This document shows, piece by piece, positions 1 to 8,982 of a stretch of DNA of 64,000 nt. Where the stretch lies: positions 5,105 through 69,104 of the forward strand of contig CAMBDK010000002.1 in NCBI GenBank assembly GCA_945865315.1, in the 5' to 3' direction. Source of the DNA: Chitinophaga pinensis (GTDB taxonomy: Bacteria; Bacteroidota; Bacteroidia; 2-12-FULL-35-15). The position numbers and the translations under genes are program-made. Positions within the stretch are counted from its first letter, which is position 1; each line of letters starts with the position of its first letter. The notes beneath the pieces were generated by a model, which saw only the letters and a program-made list of their open reading frames with translations, had not been told where the DNA came from and searched no databases.

Positions 1-97
1 CGGAATTGAGAAAAAAAGTATAATCAATAAAATCGAAATTAGTAAGCGCATGCATTAATAAATTAGATCTCGCTATTGAGATAAATTTTATTGTATC

Positions 98-1558
98 TTG
101 CAATATAAATATAAAAATAAACAGATGACATTAATCAAGTCAATATCAGGTATTAGAGGTACAATTGGAGGGAGACAAGGCCAAGGGTTCAGCCCTTTGG
201 ATATAGTTAAGTATACAGCAGCATATGCTAGTTGGATAGCGAAAAACTCGAAAAACAAAAAAATAAAAATTGTTATTGGTCGCGATGCCCGCATTTCGGG
301 TGAAATGGTAAATAATTTGGTATTAGGTACATTACAAGGTATGGGTGCCGATATTGTGGACATAGGCTTGTCCACCACCCCAACTGTTGAAATTGCTGTT
401 TCGGATGAAAAAGCAGATGGAGGCATAATACTAACAGCAAGTCACAATCCAAAACAATGGAATGCCTTGAAGTTATTAAATGAAAAGGGTGAATTTCTTA
501 ATGAAAAAGAAGGAGCAGAAGTATTAGAAATTGCAGATAATGAATCGTATACCTTTGCAGATGTTAACTCACTAGGTAAAATAATGAAGAATGACACCTA
601 TTTGAATAAACATATTGATAAAATTTTAGCACTTCCGCTTGTAAATATACCTGCTATAAAGGCTGCAAAATTTAAAGTTGTAATAGATTGTGTAAATTCC
701 ACAGGAGGCCTTGTTTTACCGCAATTTTTAACCGCATTGGGTGTTGAAAATGTAATAAAGCTTTATTGTGACCCTACTGGCGAATTTCCTCATAATCCAG
801 AGCCCTTGCCCGAAAATTTGCGAGATATTGCAAAACTTGTAAAAAAGGAAAATGCACATTTAGGAATTGTAGTTGATCCAGATGTAGATCGTTTGGCATT
901 TGTTTGTGAAGATGGTGAAATGTTTGGTGAAGAATTTACTCTGGTTGCCTGTGCAGATTATGTTCTGCAAAGACGTACACCTGCAGAAAAAGCAGCATCA
1001 AAAAAATGCAATACAGTTTCCAACTTGTCTTCCACCAGAGCATTGCGTGATATTACTGAAAAACACGGTGGCAGCCATAGTGCTTCGGCAGTAGGCGAAG
1101 TAAATGTAGTTGCTTTGATGAAAGAAACAAAAGCAGTTATAGGTGGCGAAGGAAATGGTGGTGTTATTTTACCGGAGTTACATTATGGTCGTGATGCACT
1201 TGTTGGCATTGCATTGTTTTTGTCCCATTTAGCTATGTATGGTAAAACCTGTTCCATGTTGCGATCTTCTTATCCCGATTATCAGATATCGAAAAATAAA
1301 ATTGAGTTAACTGCAGATTTAAATATTGATAATATTTTAGAATCTATTAAAAAAAAATATAAGAAACAGCCAATAAATACGGTAGATGGTATAAAAATAG
1401 AATTTGGAAAAGATTGGGTACATCTGCGTAAATCGAATACAGAATCAATAATTCGTATTTATTCCGAAAGCGGATTAAAAACAACAGCAGATAATTTGGC
1501 AAAGAAGATAATGTCGGATATTCGTGAATTTATAAAACAACCAGAAATAGCAGTTTAA
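98..1558 (+). CDS. glmM: Phosphoglucosamine mutase (phosphohexomutase family)
   Basis: Phosphoserine loop TASHNPKQWNALK, metal loop VVDPDVDRL and sugar loop GGEGNGG. The likely true start is the ATG at 125 (MTLIKSISGIRGT...). Confidence 0.85.
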   Translation: MQYKYKNKQMTLIKSISGIRGTIGGRQGQGFSPLDIVKYTAAYASWIAKNSKNKKIKIVIGRDARISGEMVNNLVLGTLQGMGADIVDIGLSTTPTVEIAVSDEKADGGIILTASHNPKQWNALKLLNEKGEFLNEKEGAEVLEIADNESYTFADVNSLGKIMKNDTYLNKHIDKILALPLVNIPAIKAAKFKVVIDCVNSTGGLVLPQFLTALGVENVIKLYCDPTGEFPHNPEPLPENLRDIAKLVKKENAHLGIVVDPDVDRLAFVCEDGEMFGEEFTLVACADYVLQRRTPAEKAASKKCNTVSNLSSTRALRDITEKHGGSHSASAVGEVNVVALMKETKAVIGGEGNGGVILPELHYGRDALVGIALFLSHLAMYGKTCSMLRSSYPDYQISKNKIELTADLNIDNILESIKKKYKKQPINTVDGIKIEFGKDWVHLRKSNTESIIRIYSESGLKTTADNLAKKIMSDIREFIKQPEIAV

Positions 1559-1734
1559 GAGAGGGTGTGTGTTAATTTGCAGGGTAATTATTTTCAATAA
1601 ATTTGATCAAATATTTTTAATTATTTGAAGTTTTATCAATATTAGCATACAAATATTGATGTTGTGGCAATTGTTAGTAATTTTAATTTTAAAATTGATT
1701 TCCCCAATAGAATAAAAGAATAATCACAGATTAA

Positions 1735-3561
1735 ATGAGTGATAAAAAAATCAAAAAAAATCTTTTGTCAACTCCCTTAAAAGGTAAAATTGCCTTTAAA
1801 TCAGATAAAATATATCCTAATTCATTATGGTTTTCACTATTATTGATTTTTATTGTTTTTCTACCTTCTCTTTCAGGCGGTTTTTTAAATTGGGATGACC
1901 CTAAATACATTATTGATAATGCGTATATAAAAAATTTTTCATGGGCGGGTTTCAAAGCAATGTTTTTTAATTATTATGGAGGTAATTACCACCCTTTTAC
2001 AGCATTATCCAATGCAATAGAATACAAAATGTTCGGCTTAAATGCTAAAGTTTACCATTGCATAAATTTACTTATTCACCTAATAAACGCACTTTTAGTA
2101 TTTAAGGTAATAATGTTACTGTGTAACGAAGTAAAAGTAGCAGTGCTTGTTAGTTTGTTGTTTGGTATACATCCAATGCATGTTGAATCCGTGGCATGGA
2201 TATCCGAAAGGAAAGATGTTTTATATACTTTCTTTTATTTAATAGCCATAATAAAATACATAAGGTTTCAAGAATGTAATGGCAATTATAAACAATATTT
2301 TTTATTAATACTTGCATTTTTTTGCGCCTTGCTGTCAAAGTCAGCAGCAGTCACATTGCCCTTAACTTTGATTGTAATAGATTTCTATTTTCAAAAAAAA
2401 ATAAACTTTTTTTTAATCGTAAATAAAATTCCATTATTTATTTTTTCCATTTTATTTGGAATAATTGCCTTGCACTCTCAAAGAGTAGAAGGCTCACTGT
2501 CTGACTTAACCTCCGTATTTTTTCTTTCGGATAGGATATTTTTAATTCTATATTCTATTCTATTTTATGTAGTTAAATTGTTTATACCTATTGGCCTTTC
2601 TGCTTTTCATGCCTACCCAGATAAAGTTAATAATTTACTCCCTTGGTATTTTTATTTTTCTCCATTAATGTTCGGATTTATATTTTATATGGTTTTTAAG
2701 CTAAAAGAATTTAAAAAAATATTGATTTTTGGATTTTTGTTTTATTTTTTTAATATTATTTTAGTAATTCAATTAATTCCTGTTGGGCTAGCAATTGTTG
2801 CGGAAAGGTATACCTACGTCTCTTATATTGGATTGTTTTTTATTATAGCTAAAGTTTTTTTTTATTTAGAAGATAAATTTATAAATATGAAAACAATTAT
2901 AAGGATAGCTGGTATTGCCATTCTTTTTATTTTTTGTATAATTACATATAATAGAAATAAGGTTTGGAATAACAGTATTTCCTTGTGGAATGATGTAATA
3001 GAAAAAAATTCAAATATTTCTTTGGCCTATTATAACCTGGGCAATGCCCATAAAAATATCATGGACTATCAAGGAGCAGTAGCAGCCTATTCAGGAGCAA
3101 TAAGAACTAAAGCTGGACATGAGAATGCTTTATTTAATAGAGCGCATGCATATGCTGACATGGCTATGCATAAGGAGGCAATTAATGATTATAGCACATT
3201 AATTCAGCTCTTACCTCTACATGAAGAATCATTTTTAAACCGCGCTATTTCCAATGCATCACTTAATAATTATGATGCTGCAATTGCAGATTATTCCTCG
3301 GCCATAAAAATTAATCCCCAAAGGGCGAATACATTTTATAGTAGAGGTAATATGAAGGCATCCTTAAAGTTTTTTGATGTGGCGATTAGTGATTATAATG
3401 TGGCGATAGAATTAAATCCCCAGCTTTCTGAAGCGTATAATAATCGAGGTAATTGTAAGCTTAATTTAAATAATATTACAGCGGCATGTGAAGACTGGGG
3501 AATAGCAAGAGAGCTTGGAAATACCCAGTCATTGAATATGTTACAACAATATTGTAAATAA
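1735..3561 (+). CDS. Polytopic GT-C type (PMT/TMTC-like) membrane glycosyltransferase with C-terminal TPR repeats
   Basis: About 400 aa with many hydrophobic helices. The first loop carries GGFLNWDDPKYI (a DD motif as in PMT/TMTC-like enzymes). The C-terminal ~200 aa are repeated 34-aa TPR units (AYYNLGNA..., AIxDYxxAIxxNP...). Confidence 0.6.
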   Translation: MSDKKIKKNLLSTPLKGKIAFKSDKIYPNSLWFSLLLIFIVFLPSLSGGFLNWDDPKYIIDNAYIKNFSWAGFKAMFFNYYGGNYHPFTALSNAIEYKMFGLNAKVYHCINLLIHLINALLVFKVIMLLCNEVKVAVLVSLLFGIHPMHVESVAWISERKDVLYTFFYLIAIIKYIRFQECNGNYKQYFLLILAFFCALLSKSAAVTLPLTLIVIDFYFQKKINFFLIVNKIPLFIFSILFGIIALHSQRVEGSLSDLTSVFFLSDRIFLILYSILFYVVKLFIPIGLSAFHAYPDKVNNLLPWYFYFSPLMFGFIFYMVFKLKEFKKILIFGFLFYFFNIILVIQLIPVGLAIVAERYTYVSYIGLFFIIAKVFFYLEDKFINMKTIIRIAGIAILFIFCIITYNRNKVWNNSISLWNDVIEKNSNISLAYYNLGNAHKNIMDYQGAVAAYSGAIRTKAGHENALFNRAHAYADMAMHKEAINDYSTLIQLLPLHEESFLNRAISNASLNNYDAAIADYSSAIKINPQRANTFYSRGNMKASLKFFDVAISDYNVAIELNPQLSEAYNNRGNCKLNLNNITAACEDWGIARELGNTQSLNMLQQYCK

Positions 3562-3598
3562 AAAAACAGAATAAAAAATTAATTTTAAATCTAACAGT

Positions 3599-4744
3599 AT
3601 GAAAGTTTATTTTGATAACGCTGCAACAACTCAATTAGATAAAGAAGTTTTTAATGAAATGTTACCATTTATGACAGAATATTTTGGCAACCCATCCTCT
3701 ATTCATTCTTATGGGCGAAAAACAAGAGCTGCTATAGAGGGTTCTCGAAAGCTGGTTGCAAAATCATTAAATGTTTCCCCTTCCGAAATTTTTTTCACTT
3801 CGGGCGGTACCGAAGCGGATAATATGGCAATTAAATGTAGTATCCATGATTTAGGTATAAAGCATGCTATAACTACTAGAATAGAGCATCACGCCGTTTT
3901 GCACACCTTGCAAAAGTTGGAGCAAGAGGGTGTTATCAAATTAAGTTTTGTTAATACAACAGCTATTGGTCATGTAGATTTGGTTCACCTCGAAAAATTA
4001 TTGGAAGATAATGAAAGGTCATTTGTTTCTTTAATGCATGCTAATAATGAAATTGGAAATTTATTATCCTTGGAAAAAGTAGGTGAAATTTGTTCGAAAT
4101 TTAATGCGGTTTTTCATTCCGATACTGTTCAAACGATTGGTCATTATGCTATGGATCTGCAAAAAATAAAAATACATTTTATAACTGCTGCAGCGCATAA
4201 ATTTCACGGTCCAAAAGGAGTTGGCTTTTTATATGTAAGTGCTGATATGAAAATAAAGCCTATGATTAATGGAGGTGGTCAGGAACGTAATATGAGAGGT
4301 GGCACAGAAAATTTATATGGGATAATAGGATTAGGAAAGGCGCTGGAAATTGCGTTGCGTGATTTGGATCAACATCAAAATCATATTGTAGCTATTAAAA
4401 ATTATATGGTAGAGCAATTAAAGATTGCAATTCCCACGATAGAATTTAATGGCTCTTGCCAGGATAATTGTTTGTACACAGTGTTAAATGTGCGTTTCCC
4501 GCATACCGATAATGCAGAGATGTTATTATTTAATTTAGACATTGCTGGAATTGCAGCATCAGGTGGCAGTGCCTGCACTTCAGGCAGTGATATTGGTTCG
4601 CATGTACTTCGCGGAATTGGTTGTGATGTTACAAGGCCTTCTGTGCGATTCTCATTCAGTAAATACAGTAATAAAGAGGAAGTTGATTATACAGTAGCAA
4701 AATTAAAGGAGTTATTTAGCTTTGCAGTTTCGGTAAAGGCTTAG
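3599..4744 (+). CDS. Cysteine desulfurase (NifS/IscS-like, class V aminotransferase)
   Basis: SGGTEADN, PLP-lysine context AAHKFHGPKG and catalytic cysteine loop SGGSACTSGS. Confidence 0.85.
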   Translation: MKVYFDNAATTQLDKEVFNEMLPFMTEYFGNPSSIHSYGRKTRAAIEGSRKLVAKSLNVSPSEIFFTSGGTEADNMAIKCSIHDLGIKHAITTRIEHHAVLHTLQKLEQEGVIKLSFVNTTAIGHVDLVHLEKLLEDNERSFVSLMHANNEIGNLLSLEKVGEICSKFNAVFHSDTVQTIGHYAMDLQKIKIHFITAAAHKFHGPKGVGFLYVSADMKIKPMINGGGQERNMRGGTENLYGIIGLGKALEIALRDLDQHQNHIVAIKNYMVEQLKIAIPTIEFNGSCQDNCLYTVLNVRFPHTDNAEMLLFNLDIAGIAASGGSACTSGSDIGSHVLRGIGCDVTRPSVRFSFSKYSNKEEVDYTVAKLKELFSFAVSVKA

Positions 4745-4969
4745 GTTTTTCGTTCCTCTTTTTATGTTTTAATATTAAATGATAAATATTTTTTATTAAT
4801 TTCAAATCGAAATAAAATTTAAAATGTTCCAGTAAAACAATTTTTTAATAAGGATATTAAATTGTTTTTTTTTCGCTGATTAATTTTTGAAATTAATTTT
4901 ATCAGCGTTCAGTTTTTTTAAGGACAAACAATAGTTGTAAATTGATTAATAATTAAGACTTTCTTTTCT

Positions 4970-6454
4970 ATGCAAGCAACTATTTCTTTTATATTGGACG
5001 GTAAAATACAAAGCCTTGGTTTTAATGAACAATTTAAGCCAACTACAACCGTATTAAACTATTTACGCAGCCTAGCTAATCATAAAGGAGTGAAGGAGGG
5101 TTGTGCCGAAGGCGATTGCGGAGCTTGTACCGTTGTAATTGCCGAATTAAATCAAAATGACTCATTACAATATACCGCATGGGACTCCTGCCTGGTATTT
5201 TTGCCAATGATTCATGGAAAACAGCTGATAACAGTTGAGAATTTAATTCAATACAATGCTGGTGAAAAACGGCTGCATCCTGTTCAACAAGCGATGGTTG
5301 ATTGCAATGGAAGCCAATGTGGTTATTGTACTCCAGGTATTGTTATGTCGATGTTTTCGTTATACAAAGAAAAAACACCTCTTTCGAAAGAAAATATTGA
5401 AGATGCGCTAACAGGCAATTTGTGTCGCTGTACTGGTTATAAACCAATTATTGAAGCTGCAGCAAGAGCTTGCGCAGAAATAAAAGTAGACCAATTTGAT
5501 AGCAACGAAAAACAAATTGTGGCCATGCTTTTGCAAATAAAAGATCAAAGTAAATCTATTTTAATTGATACTACCAAACAAAAATATTGTCGCCCTAAAA
5601 CGATAAATGAGGCTTTGGAATTAAGAAATAAAATGCAAAATTCAGTTTTAATTAATGGTGCCACAGATGTTGCTTTGCGTGTTACCAAAAGGCATGAATT
5701 GCTCGAAGAGATTATAGATTTGTCGGGCATTCCAGAATTAAAAAAATTTACAAAAACAGCAATTGATTTTAAATTTGGTGCTGGCATGAGTTTAGAAAAT
5801 GTAAAAAAAGTTGCTGAGGGAGCGCTGCCTGCATTATTTGAAACCTTAGCTGTTTTTGGTTCAAAACAAATAAGGACATTGGCAACATTTGGTGGAAACG
5901 TAGGCTCCGGCTCTCCTATAGGCGATACACTGCCTGTGCTTATGGCATATAATGCGGAAATAGTATTACAGCAAATTAGTGAAGACGCAGCACCCTTAAA
6001 TACTGAACAATCATTTCCCAATATAAGTGAGAGGAAAATAAATATGAATAATTATATTCTTGGTTATCGTGAAACGGAGCGCAAACCAAAAGAAATTATA
6101 ACAGCTATTATTATTCCTACTCCCCTTGCTAATACAATTATTAAATTTTATAAAGTTTCTAAGCGCAAAGATCTTGATATTTCAACCCTTAGTGGAGGTT
6201 TTAGCATCTTGCTAAAAAACAATTGTGTTGAAACGATTACTTTAGCATATGGTGGGATGGCAGCAGTAACCAAACGCGCAAAAAAGGCTGAGCAATACTT
6301 AATAGGGAAACTCTGGGACAGGGCAACTGTGGATCAAGCTATGGAATTGATAGCAGAGGATTTTACACCTATTTCGGATGCTCGGTCGGGTGCTGAGTTC
6401 AGAAAATTGGCTGCGAAGAATTTGTTATTAAAATTTTGGTCAGAAACAAAATAG
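4970..6454 (+). CDS. xdhA: Xanthine dehydrogenase small subunit ([2Fe-2S] + FAD-binding)
   Basis: Two [2Fe-2S] motifs (CAEGDCGACTV; CGYCTPG...CRCTGY) followed by an FAD-binding CO-dehydrogenase-flavoprotein-type domain (INGATDVALRV). Sits immediately upstream of the Mo subunit. Confidence 0.85.
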   Translation: MQATISFILDGKIQSLGFNEQFKPTTTVLNYLRSLANHKGVKEGCAEGDCGACTVVIAELNQNDSLQYTAWDSCLVFLPMIHGKQLITVENLIQYNAGEKRLHPVQQAMVDCNGSQCGYCTPGIVMSMFSLYKEKTPLSKENIEDALTGNLCRCTGYKPIIEAAARACAEIKVDQFDSNEKQIVAMLLQIKDQSKSILIDTTKQKYCRPKTINEALELRNKMQNSVLINGATDVALRVTKRHELLEEIIDLSGIPELKKFTKTAIDFKFGAGMSLENVKKVAEGALPALFETLAVFGSKQIRTLATFGGNVGSGSPIGDTLPVLMAYNAEIVLQQISEDAAPLNTEQSFPNISERKINMNNYILGYRETERKPKEIITAIIIPTPLANTIIKFYKVSKRKDLDISTLSGGFSILLKNNCVETITLAYGGMAAVTKRAKKAEQYLIGKLWDRATVDQAMELIAEDFTPISDARSGAEFRKLAAKNLLLKFWSETK

Positions 6455-6589
6455 TTCTATTTCTTTTTCAATAGTTTATCAATAATAGGAAATTTAGCAA
6501 ACGCCAATAATTATTTAACATTTTTTTATTTTTATTTAGAAGTTTTTTTTGGCTAATAAAGTGTAAAATTTTATTAAATAAATATAAAA

Positions 6590-8905
6590 ATGAATAATTC
6601 AATTCCTCACGATAGTGCCATTAAGCACGTAAGCGGTGAATCCGTTTATATAAATGATTTCCAAGTAAACTCTCAGCTGCTTATTGGCAGGGTAGTTTAT
6701 AGCTCTCATGCGCATGCAAAAATAAAATCTTTAAATCTTTCCATAGCAAAGCAATTAAAGGGGGTACATGCAGTATTGTGTTATAAAGACATACCCGGTA
6801 TAAATCAAATGGGTCCTGTAGTTCATGATGAAGTTTGTTTGGCAATAGGTGAGGTGTTGTGTGTAGGCCAAGCAATTGTTCTTATTGCAGCTGAATCAGA
6901 GGAAATTGCTATAGCAGCAGAAAAATTAATAACTATTGAATACGAACCATTGGTTCCTGTTTTAGATATTAGAACGGCCATAGAAAAAAATTTATTGCTT
7001 GGCCCTGCCCGCACTATGCAGCGAGGGGACTTTGAGGGTGCTTTAAAATCTGCTGTTAATATTTTGGAAGGCGAATTGGAAACAGGGGCACAAGAGCATT
7101 GGTATCTTGAAACACAAACTTGCCTATGTATACCTGGTGAAGAAAAAGAAATAACAGCATATAGTTCCACACAACATCCCTCCGAAACGCAAGCAATTAT
7201 TGCAGAAGTATTGGGTATAAATAAAAATGAAGTGGTAGTAGAAATACGCAGGATGGGTGGGGCATTTGGGGGTAAGGAAACGCAAGGGAATTGGGCGGCA
7301 GCATGGTCAGCTTTACTTTGTTACGCAACCAAAAGGCCAGTGAAAATACACCTTTTTAGAGATGACGATCAGATAATAACGGGGAAGCGGCATCCTTATC
7401 TTATTAAATATAAAGCAGGTTTTGATAGGGAGGGCAAAATTACTGCGTTAAAGTTTGAGCAATATGCCGATGGTGGATGCGCTACCGATTTAAGTTTAGC
7501 AATATTGGAGCGTGCCATGTTGCATGCTGACAGTAGTTATTTTATTCCTAACATGCTTGTGATAGGTAGAGCGTATAAAACTAATTTGCCTTCTAATACT
7601 GCTTTCAGAGGGTTTGGCGGACCTCAAGGGATGGCAGCGATGGAGACATTAATTGATAGGGTAGCGCGTTTTCTGAACAAAGATGCAGCAGATATTCGTA
7701 AGCTTAATTTTTATGGAATTGAAACAAATAATATAACACATTATGGACAGACGGTTGAATTAAACCGTTTGCATACTATTTACGATCAATTGATGGCTTC
7801 TTCCGATTATCGAAACCGAAGAAAAGAAATAGATAAATTTAATTTATCTAACGAATTTTATAAAAAAGGTATTGCATTAACACCTGTAAAATTTGGCATT
7901 TCATTTACTACCTCTTTTCTTAATCAGGCTGGGGCGCTTGTGAATATCTATAAAGACGGCACTGTATTGGTGAATCACGGAGGCACAGAAATGGGGCAGG
8001 GTTTAAATACCAAAATTTTGCAGATTGCTGCTGCTGAACTAGGTGTTGGCATTGATAAAATTAAAGTAAATGCAACCAACACTTCAAAGGTGCCAAATAC
8101 CTCTGCTACTGCTGCATCAGCAGGGACGGACCTTAATGGAATGGCAGTAAAAAATGCGATAGATATACTTAAAGTTCGTATTGCGCATGTTGTGGCTGCT
8201 GAATTTTCAAAACAAAGTCCCCAAAATAAATTTGAAGCTGCAAATATTGTTTTTGAAAACAATTTCATCTTTGATAAACTATTGCCTCATCACAGGATGG
8301 CTTTTGCTGATGTAATGCCCATAGTTCATTTTAATCAAGTAAGTTTAAGTGCCACAGGATTTTATCGTACCCCTGATATTTCTTGGGATAAGCTCACGGG
8401 CTGGGGAAAACCATTTAATTATTTCGCCTTTGGCATGTGTGTGAGTGAAGTTGTTGTAGATCTATTAACAGGGTTTCATAAAAATTTAAGAACAGATATA
8501 TTACATGATGTAGGAGATTCAATAAATCACGATATTGATATAGGACAGGTTGAAGGTGGCTACATTCAAGGGCTTGGCTGGTGTACCACCGAAGAAGTAA
8601 AATGGGATAAAAAAGGACATTTAATGAACCATTCACCCGATACCTATAAAATTCCTTCGGTACAAGATATTCCGAGTGATTTCAGAACAAGTTTGCTGCA
8701 AAACGCTCCTAATCCAAATGCTATAAGGAAAAGCAAGGCTGTGGCCGAACCCCCATTGATGCTTGCCTTCGCAACTTGGTTGGCTATAAAAGACGCTATT
8801 TCTGCGGTGGGAGATCATAAGTTTGAACCTCAATTTAGCTTGCCAGCAACTAATGAAGTAATACTAATTAGTATTGAGGAATTGAAAAAAAAATTGAAAA
8901 ATTAA
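6590..8905 (+). CDS. xdhB: Xanthine dehydrogenase molybdopterin-binding subunit
   Basis: XDH signature blocks QEHWYLETQ, RRMGGAFGGKETQ and AFRGFGGPQG, plus the catalytic-Glu block SKAVAEPPLM. Confidence 0.9.
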   Translation: MNNSIPHDSAIKHVSGESVYINDFQVNSQLLIGRVVYSSHAHAKIKSLNLSIAKQLKGVHAVLCYKDIPGINQMGPVVHDEVCLAIGEVLCVGQAIVLIAAESEEIAIAAEKLITIEYEPLVPVLDIRTAIEKNLLLGPARTMQRGDFEGALKSAVNILEGELETGAQEHWYLETQTCLCIPGEEKEITAYSSTQHPSETQAIIAEVLGINKNEVVVEIRRMGGAFGGKETQGNWAAAWSALLCYATKRPVKIHLFRDDDQIITGKRHPYLIKYKAGFDREGKITALKFEQYADGGCATDLSLAILERAMLHADSSYFIPNMLVIGRAYKTNLPSNTAFRGFGGPQGMAAMETLIDRVARFLNKDAADIRKLNFYGIETNNITHYGQTVELNRLHTIYDQLMASSDYRNRRKEIDKFNLSNEFYKKGIALTPVKFGISFTTSFLNQAGALVNIYKDGTVLVNHGGTEMGQGLNTKILQIAAAELGVGIDKIKVNATNTSKVPNTSATAASAGTDLNGMAVKNAIDILKVRIAHVVAAEFSKQSPQNKFEAANIVFENNFIFDKLLPHHRMAFADVMPIVHFNQVSLSATGFYRTPDISWDKLTGWGKPFNYFAFGMCVSEVVVDLLTGFHKNLRTDILHDVGDSINHDIDIGQVEGGYIQGLGWCTTEEVKWDKKGHLMNHSPDTYKIPSVQDIPSDFRTSLLQNAPNPNAIRKSKAVAEPPLMLAFATWLAIKDAISAVGDHKFEPQFSLPATNEVILISIEELKKKLKN

Positions 8906-8982
8906 AGGTTTTATTATTTTTAATTTTTTGCAGCAGGCAGTTTATATATTCACAATAAAAAATTAATTAGTAATATAATTTA

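Noticed and set aside
88-426. Antisense or out-of-frame ORFs inside well-supported genes. Examples: 88..426, 5545..6021, 6823..7170, 7975..8268, 10541..10888, 15534..15950, 20204..20653, 27231..27515, 27579..27908, 32016..32351, 36580..36843, 37094..37360, 40109..40390, 41880..42278, 53350..53625, 60441..60845, 63531..63812
   Set aside because: Each lies entirely within, and opposite to or out of frame with, a long ORF carrying clear family motifs. Their products are low-complexity or Ser/Ile/Phe-rich with no motif. This is typical of shadow ORFs in AT-rich DNA.
4745-4969. Purine riboswitch upstream of xdhA
   Set aside because: The conserved purine-riboswitch core (the three-way junction with its conserved loop and junction sequences) is not present. 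Only an imperfect AT-rich hairpin (4874..4907) followed by a T-run is visible, which is more likely the terminator of the upstream desulfurase gene.
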